64,000 nt of DNA from Thecamonas trahens ATCC 50062. Its lineage: Eukaryota > Protista > Apusomonadida. Shown in pieces: positions 1-11,259 of this stretch. How positions within the stretch are numbered: the first letter of the stretch is position 1; each line of letters begins with the position of its first letter. The notes under the pieces were generated by a model that made no database searches, was not told the origin of the DNA, and saw nothing but the letters and a program-made list of their open reading frames with translations. The stretch covers positions 62,001-126,000 of the forward strand of contig NW_013657620.1 in assembly GCF_000142905.1 (NCBI RefSeq). The letters are read 5' to 3'. Both the position numbers and the translations under genes were made by a program.

Positions 1-409
1 CCAGCAGTTCCGCCTCGGATGCCTTGCCCGACTGCCCCACCCCGCGCTCGCCAGATCCATTACTCCCGCCACTGCTGCCTGCGGACGTCGTCGAGCTTGT
101 GCTTGCCGCCGCCGTCGAGCTTGAGCCTGTGGCGTGCGGGTCGAGCGGAGACACGTCGTCCTGGCTCTGGTCGTGGCTCTGATCGCCCCGCGGTACAGCG
201 CAGAGGTACTTCCGGCCGTCTGCACCGGTCATGGCCACCACCCGCGGGCCATCGACTGAGGTCAGCAGCAGGTCTGCGCCAGGGGCATGGAGGCCGACAC
301 GGAACTTGGTCTCGTCGAGCAGCGGGAGCAACGGCCCGCCACAGGCCGCCATGCCCACCATGGCGAGGATCATCCCGAGTATGGCCACTCGTGCTACTCT
401 GTTTGTCAT
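1..409 (-). CDS. OS-9/ERLEC1-like ER lectin, N-terminal part (runs off window start)
   Basis: Manual translation from ATG at 409: MTNRVARVAILGMILAMVGMAACG (signal peptide)...VVAMTGADGRKYLCAVP...KASEAELL. The M-x-x-x-x-G-x-x-Y-x-C-x-x-P segment and downstream 'ELL' match the region preceding the MRH domain in OS-9/ERLEC1. The MRH domain itself is outside the window. Not in the ORF track (no stop). Confidence 0.6.
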   Translation of the reverse strand, partial: MTNRVARVAILGMILAMVGMAACGGPLLPLLDETKFRVGLHAPGADLLLTSVDGPRVVAMTGADGRKYLCAVPRGDQSHDQSQDDVSPLDPHATGSSSTAAASTSSTTSAGSSGGSNGSGERGVGQSGKASEAELL

Positions 410-647
410 GGTCTCTCACTCGGTGTGGGTAGTGGGGTGGTGGTGGGGGGGGGCGGAAGGGGGGAGGGAGGGGAGGGGGAGAGGGAGGATCGGTGACACG
501 TTCGATGACTTTCAGTCAGTCAGTCGTTGTTGGTTGGTTGCGGGGAGGGGATGGGATGGGGGGGGGGGATGGGGGGGGATGGGTATGATGTCCGCATCAT
601 CCCCGCATCGGATGGTTGTGCTGTTTGTTCAGTATTGCGGAGGTAGT

Positions 648-1592
648 CTAGATGCCCGGAACATCGATCTTGCCCATGATGCCAGAGGCAGAGTCACCGG
701 CCTCGTCGGCAGCCTCGGCCATGGCGATGGCTGGGTAGACGACAACAAGGACGCTGTGGACGCAGCCAAGGCAGCACGAGGCAATAGCCATGACAACGAC
801 AAAGTAGAAGGAGATGCCAAGCTTGAGCTTGTCTGCGCCGTCAAAGGTCTCCAGATCGTCGTTTGTCTGCGTCTTGTACACGATGGCGGCCAGGGCGGCG
901 AGGAGGAACATCATGAAGTCGCAGCAGAGCGAGGGGAAGAGCGAGAGGTACCGCGGGCCTGCGGCAGCAGCAGTGGTGGCGCAGGGGAAGACGTCCGGGA
1001 CGTCGCAGCCAGGCACGCCGCACGGCAGGCAGTCGCCGATCGACTCAAAGACAGACTCGCCGGCGCAGAAGAGGCAGGCGAGGATGAGGGCAGGAACGAG
1101 GCAGAGGAGGAACATGATGAGCAGGACGCGGGCGACCTTGCCGGCCGAATTCCAGCCCTTGCAAGCATTGGTGCTGCACTTGTCCGAAGACAGCGAGATC
1201 GTCTCCGTGCTTGGCTGGCCCGACGAGACCAGTTCCGGTGAGAGCTTGTACGTCACCTTGGAGATGCCGATCTGGTAGGTGATGGTCCCTGTGGCCGGCG
1301 AGGCAGCCTTGACGTCGCCCACGAGCCAGAGCTGAGCAGCAAAGCCGAGAATGAGACCGATGATGATGAGGATAAAGGCGATGCAGATGAGGCACTCAAA
1401 GCAGTACATGCGGTTGTCGTCACCGTCCTTCTTCCCGCCACCGGAATCGTTCTTCTCCTCGTCCTTGTTGCGGTTGAACATGCCCTTGCCGTCCGACGAT
1501 GACGATGATGACGAGCCGATCTTCATCTCGCCACGCATGGCCTCCCCGGCCTTCTTCCTCATGTATGACATCGGTCCACGTCCTCTTCCCAT
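648..1592 (-). CDS. Claudin/PMP22-like four-TM membrane protein (314 aa)
   Basis: Four hydrophobic segments; large first loop with W...GIS...C-x4-C; Cys-rich inner loop; LGISFY before TM4. Confidence 0.6.
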   Translation of the reverse strand: MGRGRGPMSYMRKKAGEAMRGEMKIGSSSSSSSDGKGMFNRNKDEEKNDSGGGKKDGDDNRMYCFECLICIAFILIIIGLILGFAAQLWLVGDVKAASPATGTITYQIGISKVTYKLSPELVSSGQPSTETISLSSDKCSTNACKGWNSAGKVARVLLIMFLLCLVPALILACLFCAGESVFESIGDCLPCGVPGCDVPDVFPCATTAAAAGPRYLSLFPSLCCDFMMFLLAALAAIVYKTQTNDDLETFDGADKLKLGISFYFVVVMAIASCCLGCVHSVLVVVYPAIAMAEAADEAGDSASGIMGKIDVPGI

Positions 1593-1996
1593 GTTGCTTG
1601 TTTTTGCGGAACTAATCTACAAAGTCAGGTCTATCGCCTTCTCCTTCCCCCCTTCCCTCTCCCGCCTCCACCCCGTGCCTGTTACGCAACGGTGCGATCC
1701 GTTGCGCAACGCTTTTTTTTGTTGTGTTTTTGTGCACAATCTCTGCACCACTAGTGGTGGGCTGTTTCACCCCTCAGAGGGCCAGCTACAAGCCATACTC
1801 TCACCTAAGAACAACAGCGATAGTCTTACCTTCCACTTGCAGTCGTATATAAACATGGTGTGCTCTCTCCCTTCTTCCCTCCCCCCCCCCCCCAGGTAGA
1901 GGGAAAGAAATGGAGGACAGAGTGGCAATGACATGTCGGGGTGCACGTGCCGAGGCATTTGCAGCTGCCTGCCGGGTCGGCATCTTCATCGCACAT

Positions 1997-3997
1997 TTAC
2001 ATGATGGTGCACTCATCCTTGCCGTCAGCAGCACCAGCTTGCGACTCGGCTGAGAGCTGAAGAAGGAGCTTGCTGGTGGGCGATGCCTCTTGCTCTGAGG
2101 GCTTGCGCGACTTGTGCAGGCCCGCCGTGTTGGACTCAGGCCTGGCCTCGGGCTTTGGCATTGCCGCGGCGTTCGCATCGCCGAGCTCCATCGGCTGCGA
2201 CAGGGTCAAAGTAGCGGGTTCGGCGGTCTCGATCTCGAGCACCAGTGCCGGCTCGGCAGTGACAGGCGCAGGCGCGGGGGCCGGCGCAGCGGGGGCCGGC
2301 GCTGGCGCGGCGGTCTCAGGGGCTGCTTCAGCGGCAGCGGCGGGCACTGCATTGCCCGCAAGGGTTTTCGCCTTCTTTGCCGCAGGTCCAGCCTGAGCAG
2401 CCGGCTCGAGCGGCAGCTTGCCTGACACTGCCAGTGCCGCTGCCATGATGCGTGCAGCGCGCTTGGACACCGACCCTGATCCCCGCCGCGACAGCGGGCG
2501 AGAGCCGAGTCTCTCGTCCGCCCGCCGCACCACCAGCTCGCGTCGCCGCTTGAGCGCCGACCGCGGCGTCGGCAGTGCCCGTGGGCGCGGGAGCAGCGGA
2601 GAAGTGGCAGTCACAGGCCCAGGCTGCTCCGGCTGCGGCTGCTGCTGCTCTAGCGCAGCAGTCGGGCTGAACACAATCGCCCGCCGCACATGCCGCCGCT
2701 CACGCGCCCGCGGCGGGTGCAACGACGACTCGGGCGGTGACGGCGGCGTGATCGACGGCGACGCCCGCTCCATCACATTTGTCGGCGTCGACGGCGACGC
2801 TGTGGCTGCAGTTTTGACCATTCGCGGCGACGCCTTGACTGGAAGCGGGCGCGGCGACGAGCTCGACGAGCCAGCTCCAGAGTCGGAGCCCGCTTCCAAT
2901 GGCTCCAACGCCTCTGTATCCCCGAGCGCCTCCAGCGGCGCCGCGTCTGGCATGACAAGGTGGTAAGGCCGCAGCGCGCCGGATTCGTGGGCAAAGAACT
3001 GCGAGTAGAAGAGCGAACGCGGTGAGAGGCCTTCAGGGAGCGGCGCGCCCGGCGGGACAAACGAGACCGTAACCTTGGTCATCGAGCTCGCCAGTGCTTC
3101 GATGGGCACCGACTTGCGCATTGACGTCGCTACCACCTCATGTGGGTGCTTGGAGACAAAGTCTGGGGACAAGCCGCACTGCGGGGCAACCTCGGCCGGC
3201 CGCAGCAGCAGTTCGAGTGTGATATGATCCGGGCCGAGGCCACCCACGCCCGGCGCCGTCGTCCGCCTCCGCCCCGACGCCAGCGTTTGCACGCCCTTCC
3301 GCCGCGCCCGCCCGCGCAGCCGCCACACCTTGAGCACTCTCCCCACAGAGTACGCCTTGTCCTCGATCTCAAACGCCACATGCTCGCCGACTGCAATCTC
3401 GCGCCCATCTACAAAGAACGAGTCGTACATCTTCTTCTTCGTGCCCTTGCCCTTGGCCTTCCCATTCCTCGAGCTCTTGGTCTTCCCCGAGCTCTTGGCC
3501 TTCCCCGAGCTCTTGGCCTTGACCTTGTGCTTCCGGCCCGTCTTGGCCTTGACTCCCACCGATGCCAAGCCCTTACCCTCAACCCCAGCACTGCTCCCAC
3601 CACGGCAACCATCACCCTTGCTCGAGCGGCGAGAGGACGACACGTGCTCGTCCACAGGCGGAGGAGCATGCACAAAGGTGGCATCGTCCCCGCCATGGTC
3701 GTCGTGGCGGGAGACCGAGCCAGGGGCATATCCATGGCGGCTGTGACTGCGGGTGGAGACACAGGCAGAGGCAGAGGCAGAGGCAGAGGCAGAATAAGCA
3801 GAGCTGGACGTGGCAGAGGCAGAGGCAGAGGCAGAGGCAGAGGCAGAGGCAGAGGCAGAGGCAGAGGATGACAAGGAGGCGGCGGCGCGTCGGTGGCGGG
3901 CGGCTCGGTTAGAATCTATGGCCATCGCCAGTTGAGGCAACTTGGTCACGCCCATGGACGACAATGCCGGTACACGTCGACGGAGAAGACGAGGCAT
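1997..3997 (-). CDS. BAH-domain chromatin protein with long low-complexity flanks (666 aa)
   Basis: YDSFFVDGREIAVGEHVAF...VGRVLKVW...LLRPAEV...HPHEVVATS...LFYSQFF is a BAH-domain pattern; Lys-rich NLS-like tract; (SA)n from (GCAGAG)n. Confidence 0.75.
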   Translation of the reverse strand: MPRLLRRRVPALSSMGVTKLPQLAMAIDSNRAARHRRAAASLSSSASASASASASASASASATSSSAYSASASASASACVSTRSHSRHGYAPGSVSRHDDHGGDDATFVHAPPPVDEHVSSSRRSSKGDGCRGGSSAGVEGKGLASVGVKAKTGRKHKVKAKSSGKAKSSGKTKSSRNGKAKGKGTKKKMYDSFFVDGREIAVGEHVAFEIEDKAYSVGRVLKVWRLRGRARRKGVQTLASGRRRTTAPGVGGLGPDHITLELLLRPAEVAPQCGLSPDFVSKHPHEVVATSMRKSVPIEALASSMTKVTVSFVPPGAPLPEGLSPRSLFYSQFFAHESGALRPYHLVMPDAAPLEALGDTEALEPLEAGSDSGAGSSSSSPRPLPVKASPRMVKTAATASPSTPTNVMERASPSITPPSPPESSLHPPRARERRHVRRAIVFSPTAALEQQQPQPEQPGPVTATSPLLPRPRALPTPRSALKRRRELVVRRADERLGSRPLSRRGSGSVSKRAARIMAAALAVSGKLPLEPAAQAGPAAKKAKTLAGNAVPAAAAEAAPETAAPAPAPAAPAPAPAPVTAEPALVLEIETAEPATLTLSQPMELGDANAAAMPKPEARPESNTAGLHKSRKPSEQEASPTSKLLLQLSAESQAGAADGKDECTIM

Positions 3998-4272
3998 GGT
4001 GTGCAGATAGTCCTTGGGATATGGAGGTGCTAAGAGGCGTCTTTCACGGGCTCAATCCTTTCTTGCTTCCCTTCTAGCTACTCTTTGCTCAGCCCACAGT
4101 CGGCCGCTGGCGTCGAGTGGTGGCAGGCGTCGCCGAATCACGACCTTTTTTCGCCGCTGTTCCCCTCCCGCTGTTCCCTCTCCCCCTCCCCCCCTGACCC
4201 AACCGCCTCTGAAGCCGAGCGCGAGCGCAGTCACTGCGGCAGGCAGACAGCCAAGACTTTATGATTGGTATG

Positions 4273-7200
4273 TTATGTAGAAGAAGAGGATGAAGACGTC
4301 AGTGGCGATGCAGGAGGGCCTACCGAGGAAAACGCCAGCGCGTTGCGGCCCTCAAGCCGGTCGAGGGTCACCAGATCGCCTTCGTGGGCGCTGCCAAACT
4401 CGGCAAGCTCGAGGCCGTAGACCGGGCTGTGGTCGGCTTGGGCGAGCCGAGCAAGCATGACTTCGGCCACAGCAGCCATCTCCGGGTCCATGTCCGGGAG
4501 CTCGTCGGCGAGTGCTTCGGCGATGGCGCGCTTGCGCTCGCACTGACCGGCAGATCCTTCCGACCGGGCCGCCACAATCTGCAGGATGTCGGTCACAATG
4601 CCATGGACCGAGATGAGGCAGAGTGCGACCATAGCGACAATGATGGCGACGTAAAAAAAGTCCGATGTCGACTCGGCGTTGCGCCGCTCCGAGTACGAGC
4701 CGGTGCCGAGCGCCAGGACCACCACAAGCATGGCCGAAAGCCGCAGCTCGAGCTTGTTGTACAGCAAGTAGTAGAACGGCTGGTACCGCACAATAGCGTA
4801 CGACGAGGTGAGGAGGACGAGCAGAATGCCGCCGATCTGCACGAGCTGGTGGTTGGAGAAGAACACCGCAGCCACAATGAGACCAAGTCGCTTGCCGAGA
4901 TCCGCCACCCCCGCCCAGTAGAACCGGAGCCGGAACAGCCGGTACAGCGCGCCGTACCGGACATAAGTCACTGGCGAGGTCAGCGTTCTCCGGTTGCGCA
5001 CCAGATGGAGCAGAAAGTAGCCCGGAATGCCCAGAACGTAGCCGGCTACCGCGGCAATACCCACCCAGCAGTACGTCCACCACTGCGAGTTGAAGCAGGT
5101 GACACCCGGGTTTGCATCCAAGATCCAGTGCCCATTAGGCAGCCTCGAGCAATCAAACAGCTGGAACGTCGCCCGCGCCATGGGGATGTAGAACAGCGGC
5201 GCGACTGAGAAAACGACCGCATCGACTAGGCCCATCAGTGAAGTGGCCCGGAGCAGCTCCGCGCCGTACCGCATCAACCCTGCGCCGGCCAGCAGCTTGA
5301 GCAACATCAGCGAGACAATCGTCGCCACTAGGACGAGGACGGGCAGCCCGACCGCAAACACGTACTTGGCGTAGAACGACGAGAGTGAGCACTCGGACGC
5401 AAAGAGGGTGACGTCCACGTTGAACACGTTGAACGAGTCCAGGACCTGCTTTGACGCCTTAGACCACGCAAAGTTGCCGTCGGCAAGCACGCCCACAGAC
5501 TGGAACGCCACAAGTACCATGCTCACGCTTGCAGGCAGCGTCCGCGTCCGCATCACCGCCATCATCTCTGCATTCCCGCCGCCGGCTTCCGCCTTGGGCA
5601 CATGCACAGACCCGATCCGCACCATGCCTACCAGGATGAGGCATGCTGTCGCTGCACAGAGGCCCAGCACCACAAGCAACGCACCGGCGAGAATGCCGTT
5701 GGCAGCCTGGGGACACGCCTTGCACTCGCCTGTCGACGTGGAGTAGAACTTGTCGCGGCAGATGTTGCACATGTATCCGGTGTAGCCAGTCGCGCACGTG
5801 TTGTTGCCGGTGCACGCCGTTGTCCGCCGGCATGCCACAAACGCCACTGTCCCGTCGTCGGCTGGTGCGTAGCCCGGCAGCGATCCCGGCGGCTCAAGCT
5901 CGCCAGAACACACTCCGCCTTCTGGGCATGACTTGCAGGTGAACGATGGCTCTGCTTCGCCGGCAACAGGAGCTGCATAGTAGTTGGCGACGCAAGTGCA
6001 CGCCTCGACACTTTGCGCGCCGCGCTTTCCATGCGTCGACGTGAACGCGGGGCACCCGGTGCACTCGGGCACGTTGATGGCGTCAGAGTACGTGTTGGCA
6101 GGGCAAATCTCGCACGGCCCGGTCGCCTCAACCGCGTATTGCCCCAAGCCGCACTGTGACGCGACTGTCACCACCCACGGCGAGCCTGGAACTGCTCCTC
6201 CGCCCACCGACACTGACAACGTGTACACGCCGGCGTCCCACGGCCGGAAGCTGGTGTCCACCACCCCGACCGCCGCGCTTCGAACGCTGAGATCGAGCTC
6301 CCGCACCTCGTTGCCGAGCTTGGCCGAGACGGTCAGGCTTGCCGCATCCAGGTCGCGCACCGCGTTGCCAAACTCGTCGCGGACTGTGATGACAACAGCA
6401 TTGTCCAAATTGAGCGTCGCAGTCTCGAGGCCTGGTCCGGTGACAATCGATGCGCCTGCAGACGCCGGTCCGGGCACAACGGCGACGCTGATGGGCAACG
6501 GACGGATGGCTCCTCCGTTGACCTCGATGGACACGGCGTAGCTACCAGCGGCGGTCGGCAGCGAGACGCCAAGCTCGTAGCTTGCGTTGCCGACCGCTGC
6601 CAGCGTCAGCGGTAGTGCCGGCGCCGGCAAAGGCGCCAGCCGGACAGCAAAATCGTTGGTAGTAGCGGATGCCACCCGGCCGTAGGTGCGGAAGAGCTGG
6701 ACGCCAAACTGCCACTCTGTGCCTGCAACAACCTCGACAGGCGGCGAAACGAGGTTGCCGTAACCAGCGGCTGAGCGTCTGAGCACAGCACGTTGCTGTC
6801 GCCGGACCACGCCAGCGAGGTGAGGCAGGTCCGGCTCGTTGTGCCGAATGGCGAGTACCCAGTGTTGCATATGATGGTGCAAGTCGATCCAAACGAGGCC
6901 CCGTCGCAGGTGAGCAGGCCGTTGGCCGGCGGTGGCTGGATGACCGAGAGCCGAGGGCACTGCTGCACGTCGCAGAACGGCGAGCCTGCGCCGGACCATG
7001 TACCATCGGTCTGGCATTGCCGGCTTGCTTGCCCGATCAGCAGGTAGCCTGTGTTGCAGGCAAAGGTGGCCACGTCACCGGTCACACCTTCGGCCTGCGA
7101 CACACTCCCGTTGACTGGCCGATCCAGGGCCGGCGTGCATGGGTTCGCCGCGCACAACGGTGCGGCTGCCGACCAGCTCGAGTTCGTGAGGCAGGTCACC

Positions 7201-10200
7201 GTCGCAGCACCGACGATCGAGAAGCCCGCGTTGCAAGAGTAGCTCACCGCGTCGCCGGTCACACCGGTGGTGGCCGAGACTGCACCGTTGGTCGGCGGAG
7301 TGAGCGTTGGGGTGCACGAGCTGGCGCTGCAGCTCGGAGCTGAGCCGCCCCAGCTACCATCAGCCTGGCATGCCTGCGTTGGGTCGCCGACGAGCGAGTA
7401 GCCTTGGTTGCAAGCATAGCTGCGGACCTCTCCAGTCGTGCCGTTGACGGCCGAGACCGTCCCAAAGCTCGGCGGCGAGAGCGGTGGTGTGCATGGCAGG
7501 CCGGTGCAAACGTAGTCGACCGGGCCTGACCACACGCCACTGGTCCCGCATTCCAGCGTCGACGAACCCGAGAGGGTGAAGCCTGCACTGCAGCTGACCG
7601 ACACTGTCGTGCCACTTGTGTTGACCGAGGTCGAGAGTGCGCCGTTTGCCGGTGGCGAGAGGCTCGGACAGGTGACAGGCGTGGCGCAACTCGGGGGATC
7701 GACCAGGCCGGGAGCGCAGGTCAGGCAGTTGCCGGCAGTACCGTCGCACGTCGCGCATTGCGACGCGCAGGTGGCACACGACCACGCCAGGTTCGACCAC
7801 GCCTGCGATGACTGGCAGACTCGCGATGACGGGCCGACCAAGAAGTAGCCAGCGTTGCAGGAGGCAACGCCGCAGGTGTCATCGACCTTGCGGCCGCAAG
7901 GTGCGGCCGAGAGCGACCCGTTTGTTGGCGGACCAAGCGGAGGGCACCATGGGTCGACCTTGGACACACACTCGTCACCGATGGTGTAGCCGCCGATACA
8001 CGAGTTGCAGTTTGTCGGCTGCCCGGCCTCGCACGTTGCGCAATTGCCCGAGCACTGAGTGCAAATCGGAAGTGTACCCGACCAGCTGCCGTCGCTCTGG
8101 CATGTCCGGCTCGCCGAGCCGACAAGCGTGAAGCCAGAGTCGCACGAAAAGGTGGCACTTCCGCCGACTGTGCGAGTCAGCGACGTGAGCGAGCCATCAA
8201 CTGGCGCGGTCTGGGCTGGGCAGTAGTCGGGCGTCAGGCTGCAGCTCTGGTCGTCGCCACCCGACCAGATCTGCGACTGGGAGCACGTCCGCGTGGAGCT
8301 GCCGGAAAAGGTGTAGCCGGCGTTGCAGCCAAAAGCGATGGTGTCGCCGACACGGCCCGAGTAGCCCGGCAGTGCGTAGCCGTTGGTGAGAGGAGCTAGA
8401 GTGGTGCAGGACAGTGGTTCGCAGGTTGGTGCCATCGAGCTCCACACTTGGTTCACCTGGCACGTCCTCGACGTCTCGCCCGACAAAAAGTATCCGGCGT
8501 TGCACGAGTACGACGCCACATCGCCAACCGAGCCCGAGGTGATCGAGACAGCTCCGTTTGTCGGGGCATTCAGCGCCGGACATGGCAACGGGGAGCATAC
8601 CTGGTTGTCGGCGTTGGACCAGGAGCCGGTTGCCTGGCAAGTCCGGCTCGCATCGCCCGAGAGTGTGTACCCGGCGTTGCAAGAGAACGTCGAAGTCTGG
8701 CCTGTCACGCCTGACGCGGACGAGACCGATCCGTACAGGGGAGACGAGAGATTGGGTGAGCAAGCTGCCGGGTTGCACGTCGGATCCGAGCCGGTCCACG
8801 CCTGGTTTGCTTGGCACGTTCGCGACGCCGAACCGGAGAGGTCGTACCCCTGGTTGCACGAGTAGAAGCAGATGTCGTTGGTGGTGCCCGTTGTGCACGA
8901 GACCTGCCCGTTGGCAGGCGGAGTCAGCGGCGGCGAGCACGACGAGGCAGTGCACACCTGATCGTTGAGGTTGGACCACGTGCCCGACGGTTGGCACGTC
9001 CGACTCGACGATCCGCCCAGAGTGTAGCCTGAGTTGCACGAAAAGATGATGGTCTCGCCGGTCTTGCCAGATGTCGACGAGACGACCCCGTTGGTAGGCG
9101 CGAGTTGCGGCGGTGAGCACGGGTTCGGATCGCAGAACTGGTCGTTTGAGTTGGACCAGAAGCCCTGCGGGTGGCAGGTTCGCGACGGAGATCCCACGAG
9201 CGTGTAACCTGCGTTGCAGCCAAAGTTCGAGGTGTCTCCGGTGTTACCGGTCGTTGCGGACACGTATCCGTTGGCCGGTGCCACCAGATCCGGACTGCAC
9301 GGGTTTGGTGTGCACGTCTGGCCGTCGGTGCCCGACCAAGTGCCTGATGGCGTACAGATTCGTGTTGTAGAGCCCGCGGTGAGGGTGTAGCCTTCGCAGC
9401 AGATTGCGGACACTTCCTGCCCACGATAGCCGAAATCAGCCGGGCTCCAGTAGCCAAACGAGAGCGAAGAGAGCGTTGGGCACTCGGCGTAGAACTCGTA
9501 GGAGATGTCAAAGCCAGAGGCCACGGTAGACCCATCGGATGTAAACTCAACAAGGGCTTTTTCAGTCGACGTTGTGAACGTCGTTGAGAACATGAGCGAG
9601 CCCGAAAGTACGCTCAGAACGTCACTGGCGGTACTCGGCCCGTCGTAGAGGGTGACAACGTCAACGTCCTGCTCGGTTTCCAAGTTGATAAAGTCAACTG
9701 TGAGGTAGCCAGGGATGCCAAAGTCAAGCACCCACTTGCAGGTTTGAAGGTTGGTGTAGATCAAGTCGACAAACGGTGCGATATCACCGCTTGTGCCCGA
9801 GTTGATGACCTTGGTCCCGCTGCATGATGAGCAGATGGGAAACGGCGACGTGGGCACCTCAACATTGCTCTCGACCAGGTGTGTCATGTTGCCGACAAAG
9901 TAGTACGTATCAACACTGATGGAGAGCCGCTGAAACGGCGACTGAATGGCAGCGTCGGGGGAGAATCCCAAGTTGTGAGCCTTGGGAAAGCCGCCTAGCT
10001 GACCGGTGAGCTCGTGGTAGGCAAACACTTGGCTTCCTTTGTACGCGTAGATCTTGTTCAAGTCGCCCCGCTGGACAGCGTCGATATGGTTTGGAAAAGC
10101 GCCGGAAAACTCGGATGCGATGGTCTTGGGGAAGCCCGATTTGAGACCAGAAGCGATATCAAACAAGTAGACATTGACGCCCTTGAAGACGTAGAACATG

Positions 10201-10526
10201 TTTCCACTGTTGGTAGAGACAGCGGCATCAATGTTGTTGATGGGCAAGCCAGGGAAGACTGATGCAATGGTACCTTCGAGTGAGGTCGAGCGATATTCCG
10301 CATCATACACCCACACCTTGTTGCCCTTGAACACATACTGCTTATTGATGACACCAGAGTCGGGATGCAGCTTGAAGGCAGCATCAAAAGGTTGCGCCAC
10401 ATTGCAGAGAAAAAGCCGCTCTCCGGAAGGCGCTTGTTTGTCAGCCACGACAGAAATGACGATCAACAACAGCACAAAGCCGACACCAACATGTCCACCC
10501 CGCGACGAGAGCGAGGAGTGTGACAT
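4273..10526 (-). CDS. Giant surface receptor: signal peptide, 4 hemopexin blades, CUB, 14 sushi/CCP, 2 furin-like, 2 filamin/Ig-like, GCC2/GCC3 Cys-rich, multi-TM C-terminus (~2084 aa; one frameshift near 6748)
   Basis: ORF 6606..10772 has DAA hemopexin motifs, CUB (Y-TNLQTCKW...ETEQDVDVVTLYDG...FTSDGSTVASGF) and repeated C...P.NG...C..GY.L.G...R.C...W sushi units. ORF 4273..7017 continues with filamin repeats, CPANTYS and about 8 TMs. One extra T at ACC TCG TTT (T)CG CCG joins them; 6254+1 nt = 2085 codons. Confidence 0.85.
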
Positions 10527-11036
10527 GAGAATGTACGGGAAGGAAAGGAGGTGTAGAGGGGGTTTGGGGGTTTGGGGGGTTGAGGTAGGGGGTAGGTAGC
10601 GGTAGGAGGGGCGGAGCGGGAGTGGGAGTGAAGGAGTGGTGTGGCGGGTTGACAAGAGGCCGAATGTGATTTGCGGCACGATTCGACTTTGACCACTGAA
10701 CAAAATGATGATATCCTTCTGTTTTTCCCGGTGCGGTTGAGCTTGTGCTCGCCCCAATAAATGCCTGCACAAGGCGATGGATCGGGCGAAGCCTTAGGGT
10801 GTGAGGCTATGGTGGGTTGAAAAAGAAATAGAGTGTGTGTTTGTGTGAGTCTGTGCGTCTGTGTTGTACACTGTTGAGATATTGCCAACTACTACCTGTA
10901 TGTTGGGTGTGCGGGGAGGGGAATGCGGCACAGGCGCGATTGTGGCATTATTCATGTTCTGATTCTGGTCATTCGCGTGCCTGTCAAACGTCGTTTGTGC
11001 GGGTATGAGCAGAGATGGAGCGAGAGGAAACAGAAA

Positions 11037-11131
11037 GTGTGTGTGTGTGTGTTTGTGTGTGCGTGTGTTTGTGTATTTATGTATGTATGTATGTGTGTGT
11101 GTGTGTGTGTGTTTGTGTGTTTGTGTGTTTG
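11037..11131. repeat. Imperfect (GT)n microsatellite
   Basis: Direct reading; lies between divergent genes. Confidence 0.9.
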
Positions 11132-11259
11132 CGTGCGAGTGGGGGGGAGGGGGTGTGTGCTCGGCCGATCAGGCTGGCCGATGCCAAACAGTAAACAGTC
11201 GGCACTCTGCAAGCCGAGGCTGAGCTGACACCCCACTCTGATCTCGCTCCGAGTCGATT

